Positions 49,837-60,332 of a stretch of DNA of 64,000 bases are shown piece by piece (position 1 is the stretch's first letter; every line of letters starts with the position of its first letter). Location of the stretch: contig CAVUZH010000013.1 in assembly GCA_963745835.1 (NCBI GenBank), positions 672,001 through 736,000 on the forward strand, in the 5' to 3' direction. The translations under genes were made by a program, and so were the position numbers. Under the pieces are notes generated by a model. It did not search any database. It saw only the letters and a list, made by a program, of their open reading frames with translations, and was not told the DNA's origin. The DNA comes from an uncultured delta proteobacterium (GTDB lineage Bacteria; Desulfobacterota; Binatia; UBA9968).

Positions 49837-49961
49837 GCAGGCTGCTCAAAAGATCTCATAGGCGAGGCGCGCGATGGCCGACGAGCGGAAGCGTACGTGG
49901 TGAGTACGTTGAGCGAGTCGGGCAAGCGTAACGAAGCATATGAGGCTTTTCCGCAGCCTGC
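49837..49961. mobile_element. MITE-like element with terminal inverted repeats
   Basis: GCAGGCTGCTCAAAA ... TTTTCCGCAGCCTGC with internal symmetry (ctcata/tatgag, cgtac/gtacg); abuts the stop codon of 49961..50467. Confidence 0.6.
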
Positions 49962-50467
49962 TAATCGGTAAATTCGCCGGTGAACAACAGAGCCACCGGC
50001 AACTTCAAAGCATTCATCATGCGCACGGCGTCATCGATTCGCGCCTCGAGATGGTCCCCAGATTCGACCACGACGTGTTCGATGCCGATGGTCTTTAGCA
50101 GGCTCATCGTTTTGATGCCATAGTGAGAAAACAAAAAAGAGTTTCGCTGATCATCGAAGCTGCCGACGAAAGCTACTAGCAGAAGCATCGGCACGCCATA
50201 GCGCTCGCCAACGGTAAGGAGGTTGTAAGCGGAGACAAACAGGCCGGTTCCTTCCATGTAGACTGCCGCGCGTTTGCCGCCTAAAGCGGCTCCGGCGGCA
50301 ATGCCCACCGCTTCCGCTTCACTCGATACCGGCGCCAGGGTAAAAGCCTCGTCCGCTTTCATCACCGGAAGAATCTCGCTCAATCTGGTCTCGGGAATGT
50401 AACTGACGAAATCGATCCCGGCTCGTTTTAGCGCGGCAACCATTTTATGAGCCAACTCCGGTTTCAT
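49961..50467 (-). CDS. ThDP-dependent decarboxylase alpha subunit (ComD-like)
   Basis: YIPETRL; SEAEAVGIAAGAALGG; YMEGTG. Confidence 0.88.
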   Translation of the reverse strand: MKPELAHKMVAALKRAGIDFVSYIPETRLSEILPVMKADEAFTLAPVSSEAEAVGIAAGAALGGKRAAVYMEGTGLFVSAYNLLTVGERYGVPMLLLVAFVGSFDDQRNSFLFSHYGIKTMSLLKTIGIEHVVVESGDHLEARIDDAVRMMNALKLPVALLFTGEFTD

Positions 50468-50475
50468 AATCCCGG

Positions 50476-51075
50476 CTACCCACGCCCATGAAAAATCGGT
50501 TTGCCTTCGGTGCGTTCAAGATAACGCACGAAACGATACTTTGTTTCCAACAGATCGACGTTGCTTCTGGTAATTTGTCGGTGGCCGACGCTCTCTTCGA
50601 TCTTACAGACTACGAAACGCAAGCCGTTTTCATTAAGGGCTCCTGTTGCTTCGGTTTTGAAATCCTCCAACTCCGAGACCGTCACGGAATGCTCGATGCC
50701 CGACCCTCGAGCCACCGCAGCCAGATCCGTCCTGCCTGCGGTAGCGCTCGGGTAACTGATTCGCGTGCCGCTGTAAGCCTGATTGTCGAAAACGAATACC
50801 GCCAGATTCGCCGGGTTCAGATTGGCCAAAGTCGGCAGGTTAAAGAGCGAAAGCAGCACGCTGCCATCGGATTCGAAGACAAACACTTTTCGGTGCGGCA
50901 GCGCCAGCGCCAGGCCGATGCCGACCGCAAGGGCATTTCCCATGGAGCCGAGATTGAGGTCGGCCTCTCGCTTCGACAGATGCCCCCATTCGACTCTCTG
51001 ACCGCTCAGCGACGTGACCACCAGTTGGTCGGTCATGAGCGGCGCCAGCCATTCGAAACAATCGTACCGAATCAT
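50476..51075 (-). CDS. ThDP-dependent decarboxylase beta subunit (ComE-like)
   Basis: LGSMG; SDGSVLLSLFNL...FDNQAY. Confidence 0.88.
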   Translation of the reverse strand: MIRYDCFEWLAPLMTDQLVVTSLSGQRVEWGHLSKREADLNLGSMGNALAVGIGLALALPHRKVFVFESDGSVLLSLFNLPTLANLNPANLAVFVFDNQAYSGTRISYPSATAGRTDLAAVARGSGIEHSVTVSELEDFKTEATGALNENGLRFVVCKIEESVGHRQITRSNVDLLETKYRFVRYLERTEGKPIFHGRG

Positions 51076-51578
51076 AAGGTAAAGTCCTCTGTGAACAATA
51101 AAGCCACCGGCTGTTTGAGCGCGTTCATCATGCGCACGGCGTTTTTAACTTTGCGCTCGAGCCCTTCACCGTCGCGGATCACATGATACTGCACATCGAG
51201 AGCTTCCAATTGCGGGATCAGCTTGATGCCGCGCTGGACATAAAGAAAGCTGTTTCGGTGGTCTTCCAAACTGCCGACGTAGCTTACCAATAACAACATC
51301 GGCACGCCGTACCGAACGCCAACTGTCAAAATGTTGTAGCAAGCGACGTAAACCCCGGTTCCTTCCATGTAACTGGCAACGACTCTGCCGCCGAGAGCGG
51401 CGCCCGCGGCGATCGACACGCCTTCGGCTTCGCTGCCCACCGGCGCCAGTTGGAAGTGGCTATCGCTTTGTAGCAACGGTATGATTTGGCTGAGCCGGGT
51501 CTCAGGCAGGTAGGTCAGAAAATCGATTCCCGCCGCCCGCAACGAATGCACCAGGCTTTGCGCCAGGGTTTCTTGCAT
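51072..51578 (-). CDS. ThDP-dependent decarboxylase alpha subunit (ComD-like)
   Basis: YLPETRL; SEAEGVSIAAGAALGG; YMEGTG. Confidence 0.88.
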   Translation of the reverse strand: MQETLAQSLVHSLRAAGIDFLTYLPETRLSQIIPLLQSDSHFQLAPVGSEAEGVSIAAGAALGGRVVASYMEGTGVYVACYNILTVGVRYGVPMLLLVSYVGSLEDHRNSFLYVQRGIKLIPQLEALDVQYHVIRDGEGLERKVKNAVRMMNALKQPVALLFTEDFTL

Positions 51579-51580
51579 CC

Positions 51581-52588
51581 CTATTTCGCCTTGCCTTTAT
51601 AGAGGCCGTCGATGTAACCGCTGTCATCGAGTTCTTTGATGAAGCGGGTATCGACAAATTGCTCGGGACGCGCCGACTTGGCTTTGGGATTTTCATCGGC
51701 GATCGCGTCTAGAACCGTCTGAATTCCCGGCAGTGACGGATATTGCTTGCGCGAATATTTATCGTCTGTGGACGAGAGCTCGTAACTTCTTTCGAGAATT
51801 TCTTTATTGGCGGTCTGCCGCAGATACTTGCCGAGCACCGCGACGCTGGTCTTGCGATCGGTCTTCATCAGATGGACTGCTTCGATTTGGGCTTTGACGT
51901 AGCGCCTTGCCGTGTCTGGATTATCCCGGACAAAGCGGCGCGATGCCGCGATGCCATTGTGCAAAAACGGCAATCCCAGAGCGCCGACATCGGCAAGCAC
52001 GTTGAAACCTTCCTTCTCCGCGACGATGCTGGTGGGCGGACTGAGAAGCGTGGCTTGCAGGCGCTTGTTGCGCATCGAGATCAGCCGCTCCGGCGTGCCG
52101 CCGATAACGATGAATTTGACGTCCTTCGAATTCAAGCCAAGTTTTTGCAGCGCGAATTCTGTGGCTACCAACGATGCGCCGCGAATCGAGGCAAGTCCCA
52201 CGACTCCGCCCTTGAGCATTTCGGCTGTTTTGATTTCCGGCTGGCTCATAAAAATGAAATCCAGGGTTGCCATACCGCCGGCGATGTAAACCAGGTCCGA
52301 GCCCCTGAGAGTGCTCTCGAGAACGACCGGACCCGAAGCCTGGATGAAATCCAGCTCGCCGGAAAGGAGCGCCATGACCCCGATCGTGGTGCGAGTGCGG
52401 ACCAAGTCAGCGTCCAAGCCATTTTTGGCAAAAATCCCGGCTTCACGAGCCAGCCACGTGACCAGCGATCCCGGCGCATCGGAACTGTAGCCGACCTTGA
52501 TCTTCTTGGCTTGGGACCAGGCGCCGGTAGGATTGCAGATAAATGCAACTATTACCGCGCAGATCAGTGCTTTTATAAGGTTCATCAA
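51581..52588 (-). CDS. ABC-type substrate-binding protein (NMT1/SsuA-like)
   Basis: WLAREAGIFAKNGLD; C-terminal FIKELDDSGYID. Confidence 0.9.
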   Translation of the reverse strand: MMNLIKALICAVIVAFICNPTGAWSQAKKIKVGYSSDAPGSLVTWLAREAGIFAKNGLDADLVRTRTTIGVMALLSGELDFIQASGPVVLESTLRGSDLVYIAGGMATLDFIFMSQPEIKTAEMLKGGVVGLASIRGASLVATEFALQKLGLNSKDVKFIVIGGTPERLISMRNKRLQATLLSPPTSIVAEKEGFNVLADVGALGLPFLHNGIAASRRFVRDNPDTARRYVKAQIEAVHLMKTDRKTSVAVLGKYLRQTANKEILERSYELSSTDDKYSRKQYPSLPGIQTVLDAIADENPKAKSARPEQFVDTRFIKELDDSGYIDGLYKGKAK

Positions 52589-52679
52589 ACGTAACTCCGA
52601 GCCGGGATTATTATGTTCTGTTTGTCAGCCTGGCGCTTTTCGTATCGAACGCGCCGGCAGATTAGCAAGCCGGATATTG

Positions 52680-54335
52680 CTACTTCTTTTCACTCGCTTG
52701 TTTTTTAAACTTTTCAATTTCTTCGGCCATGTACTTTTTCTTGAGATCCATAAACTTCGTGCCTTTGGGCACTTTGATACCGTGCTTAGAACTAAACTCG
52801 GCATTCAGGCTGTGATTGCCGGCGACTGCGTTGCCGGCCTGGATTGCCGCTTCCTCCGGCCATAAGCCCAGTGAATATCCGGACCAGGGCGGGCGCGGAT
52901 TCAATTTCGGCAAGCCCAACTCGACCCAGATCTCGCGGGCGCGGTCCATAAACGGCCGCTGCGGCAACGCCACCGGCGGAAATGCCGCCTTCAAAGTCGC
53001 GTCTACCAGCAATGTCGAATCAGTCACATCATAATGCTCCCCATCCGCGACATACCGGATAGGGTTCCAAGGCAGAGGGCGGTTCGGCACGATCCGCATG
53101 TCGCGGTGCGGCTGGCAGCGATTTGCTATCGCCCACAATAAAGATTGCGCATCGTGCGGATCGATATCTTCATCGACGCAAACGATCAGCTTGTGAATTA
53201 CGCGGGACGGCAGCAGCCCTTCGAGCGCGCGCCAGGTGTCATCGGACTTTTCTTTTTTGATCTGTATGACCGCAACCTGGCGGTTGAGCAAATCTTCGTA
53301 AAGTGCGACGCGGCGCGCGTTCACTCCGACGTTTTTGTTGAGATGCTTCAATGCCAAAGTCTCATAGGCGGATTGTTTGATCTTGCTCGACTCGCTCGGC
53401 GTTAACTGGCTGATCATCGAGACGTAAATGGGATTCTTGCGATGGGTGATGCAGGTAACTTCGAATACCCCGTTCAAATCTCCCGGGTCGAGATAACCGT
53501 GCGCCTCGCCAAACGGCCCATCGGGCTCGAGATAATCCCAGGGAATTTTTCCCTCGATAACGATATCGGCATGCGCCGGAACTTCGAGATTGACTGTCTT
53601 ACAGCGGACCATCTCCAGTGGGCTGCGCGCCAACCCGCCTGCCAGCGCCACTTCGTCGACCCCGTAGGGGACCGGCTGCACCGCCGCGTAAGTAATACAC
53701 GGCGGGCCGCCGAGGACGATTGCGGCATCGAGCGGAATTCCCCTCTCATTACATTTCTCCCAATGGATCGCGGTATGCTTGAGGCTCCCCCACATGATGC
53801 CGGTTTTGAGAGGGCCTTTGATTTGCCCCCGGTACACACCCATGTTTCTGACGCCGGTTTCAGGATCCTTGGTGATCCAGCATCCGGCCGTTAGATAAGG
53901 CGCATTGTCAAACCCGGGTGTGGAGATTGGAATCGGCAGTTGGTAAAGGCCCCCTTTGCGAATCAGCTCTTCTCCTTGACAGACGACTTCCTGTACCGGG
54001 CCTTCCTTTACGAGAACCGGGTCGATGGGCTTCTCCAATGCTTGCGACCAGATCTCTTCGACTTCCGATTCTTTGCACATCAACCCCAAAGCATAAATCT
54101 TCTGCGAAGCCGCAAGCCCGCCGATAAGAACAGGAATGTCGTACTGTTTGCCTTTGGCGTCATAGATATTCGCAAACAGGAAAGCCTTTCTTTGCTGCTC
54201 CTCGAGGCCGCGGAACTGCCAACGAACCAGCGGGTGCATCTCGGTATCTTTGTTGATGGCTTTGTCGATCCGGATCAACAGGCCTTCTCGCTCGAGAACC
54301 TGCACATATTCAGAAAGGCTTTTGTAGTACGACAT
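52680..54335 (-). CDS. UbiD-family (prFMN-dependent) decarboxylase
   Basis: KDPETGVRNMGVYR; LEVPA.A.IVIEG; PDGPFGEAHGY; VDEDIDP. Confidence 0.92.
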   Translation of the reverse strand: MSYYKSLSEYVQVLEREGLLIRIDKAINKDTEMHPLVRWQFRGLEEQQRKAFLFANIYDAKGKQYDIPVLIGGLAASQKIYALGLMCKESEVEEIWSQALEKPIDPVLVKEGPVQEVVCQGEELIRKGGLYQLPIPISTPGFDNAPYLTAGCWITKDPETGVRNMGVYRGQIKGPLKTGIMWGSLKHTAIHWEKCNERGIPLDAAIVLGGPPCITYAAVQPVPYGVDEVALAGGLARSPLEMVRCKTVNLEVPAHADIVIEGKIPWDYLEPDGPFGEAHGYLDPGDLNGVFEVTCITHRKNPIYVSMISQLTPSESSKIKQSAYETLALKHLNKNVGVNARRVALYEDLLNRQVAVIQIKKEKSDDTWRALEGLLPSRVIHKLIVCVDEDIDPHDAQSLLWAIANRCQPHRDMRIVPNRPLPWNPIRYVADGEHYDVTDSTLLVDATLKAAFPPVALPQRPFMDRAREIWVELGLPKLNPRPPWSGYSLGLWPEEAAIQAGNAVAGNHSLNAEFSSKHGIKVPKGTKFMDLKKKYMAEEIEKFKKQASEKK

Positions 54336-54399
54336 GGCGAATCCTTTGGGCGAATACTCTTGAGGTAAATTAACAAATTGATAGCGCAGATGATGCGGA

Positions 54400-55251
54400 T
54401 TAGATAGTTAAGAGGTTTTCCCAGCCATAGCGCGCTTTGAAGCCGAGCATTTTCTCGGCTTTCGCCGAATTGACGCCGCTCCAGTTGCCGGCGCGAGCGT
54501 TTTTCACCGGGAGGCCTTGGCCGAGATACTTCTCGATTAGTTCGACAGTCGGCTCTCGCATGCTGCTCGTTGGCGCCGCGACGATCATGACCTCATGTCC
54601 GGCAAACTCCGCCTCGATCGCCAAGCGACAAGCGGTTGCCGCGTCGCGGCCGTCGATGTATGCCCATGACGTGTTGGCGCGGGCGCCGGGATCTTTCCAA
54701 CGATCGCGCACCGAGTCGTAGGAGAAATCGAACACCACACCTGGAAAACGCAAGCTGCTGATCGCCAAATCGCCGTGCAGCAACGCTACGGAATCGGCGA
54801 TCTGCTCGCCGACGACTTTAGACAACCCGTACGGGTCCTGCGGCCTGGACGGATGTTGCTCGTCCAATGGCAAGTATTCAGGAACCATGCGCTGCAAAGC
54901 GTAAATAAAACCGAAAGCCGCCGTGCTCGAAGCCATCACCACTTTTTTGACACCAAGATCGGCAGCGGCTTTGAGCACGTTGTAACTTGCGGTCACATTG
55001 TTGCTGAATACTTCCGCATCCGGCGCCAGCCCGGGCGCTTGGTACGCGCCCAGGTGCACGATGCCGTATGCGCATCTGAGAGCCTGATACAGATCACCCG
55101 AACAGCGCAAATCGGCGATCCAGCTCGGGCACGCGTTCACTGCCGGCCGCACTCGATCCAACGAAAGAACCTGGTACTCGTGAAATAGAAGTTCCTGAAT
55201 GACGAGTTGTCCCAGTCGCCCGCTACCACCGGTTACCACAATTTTTTTCAC
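54400..55251 (-). CDS. NAD-dependent epimerase/dehydratase (extended SDR)
   Basis: TGGSGRLG; YGLSK catalytic motif. Confidence 0.92.
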   Translation of the reverse strand: MKKIVVTGGSGRLGQLVIQELLFHEYQVLSLDRVRPAVNACPSWIADLRCSGDLYQALRCAYGIVHLGAYQAPGLAPDAEVFSNNVTASYNVLKAAADLGVKKVVMASSTAAFGFIYALQRMVPEYLPLDEQHPSRPQDPYGLSKVVGEQIADSVALLHGDLAISSLRFPGVVFDFSYDSVRDRWKDPGARANTSWAYIDGRDAATACRLAIEAEFAGHEVMIVAAPTSSMREPTVELIEKYLGQGLPVKNARAGNWSGVNSAKAEKMLGFKARYGWENLLTI

Positions 55252-55259
55252 GACGCTCC

Positions 55260-55640
55260 TAGTTACCTTCGCTGCATGAGCTGAACGCTGGCGTCACTCG
55301 CCACAACCCGGTCCACATAGCGGCGCCGGTCTGCTGCCATGCTCTCGATGGGTTCGATACGAATCTCATCATTGCGAAATCCGAACTGTTTAAGTATCGC
55401 CGTGAAGTTGCCGAGACGCAGGGCGCCTTGGAATGACAGACGATTTTGCGGCCACGGAGGTCCTGGACTTCGTCGATTTCCGAGGCGGCGACAAGGCGGT
55501 CGTCCCATCGGTTCTGAGTCTGCGCCAATACACGAGCCGCTTGTCGCCTCTGCTTCGGGCCCGATAAGTCTCATGATGCAATCCGCTGACGAAATCGATT
55601 TCGCCCGCAAAGATCAGGCTTGTGCGGTGCGCCATCGTTG
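55260..55640 (-). pseudogene. Degenerate substrate-binding-protein-like fragment
   Basis: GEIDFVSGLHH...WDDRLVA...DLRGRKIV spread over three frames. Confidence 0.5.
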
Positions 55641-56543
55641 GGGCTTTTGCCCCGCCGACAACGTCGAGCTATCCGTCCTGACTCGATGAATGCCCTCGGA
55701 GTAGGCGCGCAACACGCGCAACGCCGTGCTCCGATTCTTGTCGAGGAACTGTTGCGACGTTGCCAGCGGCGAATTGGGGTAAATGATGCCGATTTCGCCG
55801 AAATCGACCAGCTCCTTGAGGCCAAGCTTCGCGGCAGTCAAGTTGGTCGGCGGCGATACCACGCCGGCATCGACAATGCCACCGGTGATTGCCCCGAGCA
55901 GTTGCGGCATGCCACCCGTCTGAATTACCGCAACGTCGGAACCGCGGCGCATTCCCCATTGTTTGAGCGCAAGATCCAAAGCGAAATCCGTCGAGCCGCC
56001 GAGACGGGTCACGCCGATTTTTTTCCCCTTTAAATCCTTGGCCGTTTGATTTTCCGGGCGCGTCATGAGCGAGAACACCAGCGTATTGATGGTATTGCCG
56101 ATCATCTTAAGGCTGGCTCCTCTGAGCGAAGCCTGGACAACCGAATTCGCGCCGAGGCGAACGAACTGCACATCGCCGCCGATCAGCGCCTGAGTCACCA
56201 CCGACCCGCCGCCGATATAGAGAAGCTGTACATCCAATCCCTGGCGGCGAAAGTAGCCGTAATCATGCGCCACCCATAACGGCGCCATCGCGCCGCTGAT
56301 CGCGCTGTAAGCTAATCGAACCGGCTCCGCTTGGACAATTGAGAAAAAACAGGCCTGCGCCAGTGTCGCGAAGAGAACTAGAGAAAAAATGGTTCGAACC
56401 TTGGTTAGGACGGCTTTGATGGCGGGATTGGTTAGGCTGCAATGACTAACGTTCGAGCCGCGTTTCGCTCTAGCGGGAATAACGACCTCGTTCATACGCT
56501 GAAACCAGATGTCGATCGGCAAGAGTTTAAAAATTGGGCTCAC
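55614..56543 (-). pseudogene. ABC-type substrate-binding protein, 3'-truncated
   Basis: Close paralog of 61221..62210 (AYSAISGAM..LWVA) but similarity ends after EGIHRVRTD; start uncertain. Confidence 0.7.
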
Positions 56544-57430
56544 TGCCCGAGAATGCCGGCTTCCCTCAAATCGCGCTCCAGCTTCATGACCTCATCCTTG
56601 GGCATCTGCTCGGTTTCCCACTTCGGGAAGCGTTTTACCGCGAAGCCGCGCATACGAAAAATTTCCTGCAACGGAACACGGCCATACTTGCGCAAGCGCG
56701 CCGCGACGATTCGCGCCGCGGTATCGACCCGCTTCTGCGCTTCCACCGCGCGCGGGTAGTCTTGGCTGTCGAGAGCCTTGAACAAATCGACGCAGAGCTC
56801 GGGCACGAAGCTCGTCGGCGGATTGATCATACCGGCAACACCGAACGGAACCAGTCCAAATAAATCCGCGTTTCCGGTAAAAACCGATATATCAGGCAGT
56901 AGTCTCACGTATTCGAGCAACGCGCCCTGACCGTAGGCGACTTTGATGCCTTTGAGCGCCGGCACTTGCTCTTTAATGCGCACGGCCAAGCTCGGTGGAA
57001 TAGAGATACCGGAGTACTTGGGATTTTCGTAGATGAAGATCGGCAGCGGCACAGCTTTGTGTACGGCTTTGTAGTGCGCGATGATCTCATATTCGGTGTG
57101 ATCGGAATAGTAATAGGGCGGCACGATAGCCACCGCGTCAGCCTTGTGCGCGGCGGCATGCTCCGCCAACTCCACCGCACTGCCCGCATCAGCGGTACCG
57201 ACGTGAATAATCACTGGCACTCGGGACTTCGCCTGATCGAGCGCGACAGCGGCCGTCTGCTTGCGCTCTTCGATGGTCATGGCGGGGCCTTGGCCGGTGG
57301 AGCCAAGCACGAACAATCCCTGTACGCCGGCTTTGATGTGAAAATCGACCAACTGCCGCATCATTTGTTCATCGACCCGAATTTTTTCGTCGAACGGCGT
57401 GATAACTGGCAACAAAACTCCACGAATCAT
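56540..57430 (-). CDS. DapA/NanA-family (DHDPS-like) aldolase/lyase
   Basis: ITPF; GSTGQG; PPYY; IYENP; Schiff-base GIK. Confidence 0.9.
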   Translation of the reverse strand: MIRGVLLPVITPFDEKIRVDEQMMRQLVDFHIKAGVQGLFVLGSTGQGPAMTIEERKQTAAVALDQAKSRVPVIIHVGTADAGSAVELAEHAAAHKADAVAIVPPYYYSDHTEYEIIAHYKAVHKAVPLPIFIYENPKYSGISIPPSLAVRIKEQVPALKGIKVAYGQGALLEYVRLLPDISVFTGNADLFGLVPFGVAGMINPPTSFVPELCVDLFKALDSQDYPRAVEAQKRVDTAARIVAARLRKYGRVPLQEIFRMRGFAVKRFPKWETEQMPKDEVMKLERDLREAGILGQ

Positions 57431-57557
57431 TCATTTCTCCTTATTAAAATCGTTCCTAACTTCGGAATGACGAGTCGCAGCGAATATCTCCGAGCAGCGC
57501 AGCAACCACGAATCTGCTTTGACTTTTTGAATCTCACCAGAAAGTTACATCCCTAAC

Positions 57558-58797
57558 CTAGTTGGATCCCTTGGTTCGCACTCCCACCTGAGTATCCAAC
57601 CGATACACCTCAGTCGCTTGTTTTTTATCGACGATACCCTTCGGCGTGCCGCCGTTTAGCGCCGTCTCGATCGCATCCACCACGATCTTGCGAAACTTGA
57701 TCACACCTCGATCGGAGACGCCGAGCTGTTCGCTTCGCGCGCCGAGCAAACCCTGCGTTCCCTGCGTAACCAGATCCTCCTTGCGAATGTTCCCCTTATA
57801 CGGCATGAACTGGCGCTTGTCGTACGGCTTTACTTCTTGCGCGGGCATCTCCTCTGCGCGAATCGCTTTAAGTTTTTCGAAAAAATTCTCCTCCGGACCG
57901 CGGTAATTGTCGGCAGTGAAAAGCATGAAGTGGTCGTCGTCGTTAGGGGTGACAAACATCCAGTGCTCGCACTGCGAACCTTCCTTGACCAGTGCCGCGG
58001 CATCGATTTTAGCATGCACGAATTCGGTATCGCCGACCTGGACGATACTCGGCAAAGCCAGGCTCATTTCGTCGACGAATTCCGTGCCCGGCTCCGGGCC
58101 GGGCTTCGTCATGACGACTTTCATGCCGTAGTCCATCTCGACAAATTCGAAGTGCGGCATGTCCGTATAACTGAAAAACTGATTGCCCCAGGATTGTTGG
58201 CCATATCCGGCATTCCGGTGAAGGATACAGACGTGGGCGGGGTCCGCGGAGTTTTCGAAAAAGTTGAACCAGTTGTAGTCGGCGTGACGCACTGGCTCGA
58301 TCTGCCACTGGCTGCCGCGGTCCACAAGCGGCGAATATTTTGGCAGCGGCGGCGGATCATGTTGATTCTCCCCCATGTAGGCGAAGATCAAGCCGCCCTG
58401 CGCACGCACCGGATAAGACAAGTGCTTCACCTTCTGCGCGAAACTTGCTGTCCTTGGGTTCCGCCGGCATTTCCAGGCATTGTCCAGCGACGTTAAACAA
58501 CCAGCCATGATATGGGCAGCGAATCCCGCCATCTTCGATGTCGCCGTATTCTAAGGACGTTCCACGATGGGGGCAGTGCAATCCCAGAAGGCCGAGCTTA
58601 CCGAACTCGTCGCGAAACAGCACCAACTCTTCTCCGAGAACTTTTACTGCCTGCGGAATGTCGTGCAGGTCCTGAGTCGTCCCGATTACCAGCCAGTATT
58701 TACGAAACCATGCACCGGCGGGAGTCCCCGGCCCAACCCGCGGGATATCGGCCAACGAAACCTTCTTACTCTTTCTCTTGGCGGCTACTTTCACCAC
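57558..58797 (-). CDS. Rieske non-heme iron oxygenase alpha subunit (phthalate 4,5-dioxygenase-like), frameshift near 58442
   Basis: CPHRG...CPYHGW Rieske motif; ENSADPAH..LH iron motif; extra T in DSKF-AQKVK. Confidence 0.9.
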
Positions 58798-58822
58798 TCT
58801 GCACCCCTATTGATAATCTGGC

Positions 58823-58908
58823 CTGAACCTTGAACCCTTGAACTTCTGAACGATTGATCCGCTTCCACGGTTGGAACCGATGGAACCTATGGAACGGCTA
58901 GAACGTTT
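58823..58908 (+). repeat. 7/9-bp periodic GAAC repeat
   Basis: tgaaccttgaacccttgaac...ttggaaccgatggaacctatggaacggctagaacg. Confidence 0.6.
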
Positions 58909-58915
58909 TCAGGTT

Positions 58916-60293
58916 CTATTTGAAACCATATTCTTTCCATCGCTGCAAAACCGCCTGCCGCATGGACGCGGTCGGCTCCGCCACTTCGCCGCGGAAATTT
59001 TTCTTGATGGTCAGATCGAGCATCAATTTCGAAGTCAATCCATCGACCGTCGCCGACGGCTCGAGCGAACTGGTGATGCCGCGCGGGATGATGAACATAT
59101 CGGTAGCGGGCTGGAAACGGGTCGTCAAGGCCCACAGCACTTCGTTGGGATCTTCAATGATCGACATCTTCGTCGAGAACAAACACATGTTTCCACTTGC
59201 CGCTTCGCGTGTACAGCGAAGCGGCAAGAATGTTATCGACGATGCCCGGTCTCATCAGCCGCTTTTCAAGTTGCAACAGCAAAACAATCGAAACGCCCCA
59301 GGGCGGCGCGTAGGCTTTCTTCAATGCCGGATAAGCCGGCTTCAACTCCTGATAAGCCGCGACCGCATAGGTTAACGCGTCGACATAGAGATGCTCGTGC
59401 GGTGGCTTGCCAAGCCAGATGTTGTGGTAGACGGGATTTTTGCGATGCGTCACGGCTTTGACAGTCATGATGCGCTCGTTCGGCACTTGCGCCGTCGTGT
59501 AGCCGCAAAACTCGCCGAACGGCCCCTCATCTCCGGTTTTCGCCGGAATCGTCAGTTCTCCTTCGAGAACGATCTCCGCAAGCGCCGGCACTTCGAGATC
59601 GATAGTCCGGCACTTCACCACCTCGACGGGCTCACCGACAAGCCCGCCGGCAATGTCTAATTCAGAGACGCCGATGCGCGGTTCGAACTGAGATGCCACA
59701 TAAACCGCTGGCGGCACGCCGATGCAAACCGCGACTTCAAATTTCTTCTGGCCGCGCTTCTCGGCGTTTTTCATGAAATCATAACCGTCATGACCCGGTG
59801 TAAAACGAAGTGTGACTTCGTTCTTCGACACCAGCATCATCCGATAAATCGAAAGATTCATGCCGTATTCGGGGTCTTTGATGATCACATGACCGGCGGT
59901 GATATAGGGCCCGCCATCGCGCGGATTGTTGGTGCAAAGCGGCAATTTGGTGAGATCGACGTCGACGCCTTCAAATACTACGTCCTGGGAGACGCCTTTG
60001 GAAACCAACTTCGGCGCAATCGGATTGCTCGCCCGTTGCACGGTCTCGTTAAACACATTTTCTTGGGATAACCCAAGCGCCAGGGCCACGCGTCGGTCAC
60101 TCGCCAGCAATTGGCCGACCACCGGAATCGTATGACCTTTAACGTTTTCAAAGAGCAGCGCCGGACTGTTCGGCCGCTCATTGTGAATCTTACAAATCGC
60201 TCCGAGCTCGTGCTTCGGATCGACTTCAACCTTGATTTTTTGCAGCTCGTGCTCTTCTTCCAAAACCTTTAAAAACTCTCTCAAATCCATCAT
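58916..60293 (-). CDS. UbiD-family decarboxylase (frameshift near 59160)
   Basis: DLREFL..LE; DGGPYITAG; NLSIYR; EGPFGEFCGY; DEDVD-IEDPNEVLWALTTR after removing one base. Confidence 0.92.
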
Positions 60294-60332
60294 GTCAAAA
60301 ATGGCTCCCTCACATCACTGGAATATAAATGC

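Noticed and set aside
50488-52594. 232-aa and 283-aa + strand ORFs
   Set aside because: Antisense to well-supported ThDP-subunit and SBP genes
20680-60293. Programmed frameshifting or mass pseudogenisation in prpD-like, DUF6119, hsdS/M/R, Rieske and UbiD genes
   Set aside because: Most breaks are single-base indels, often in short homopolymers, with no other decay; best explained as long-read consensus errors
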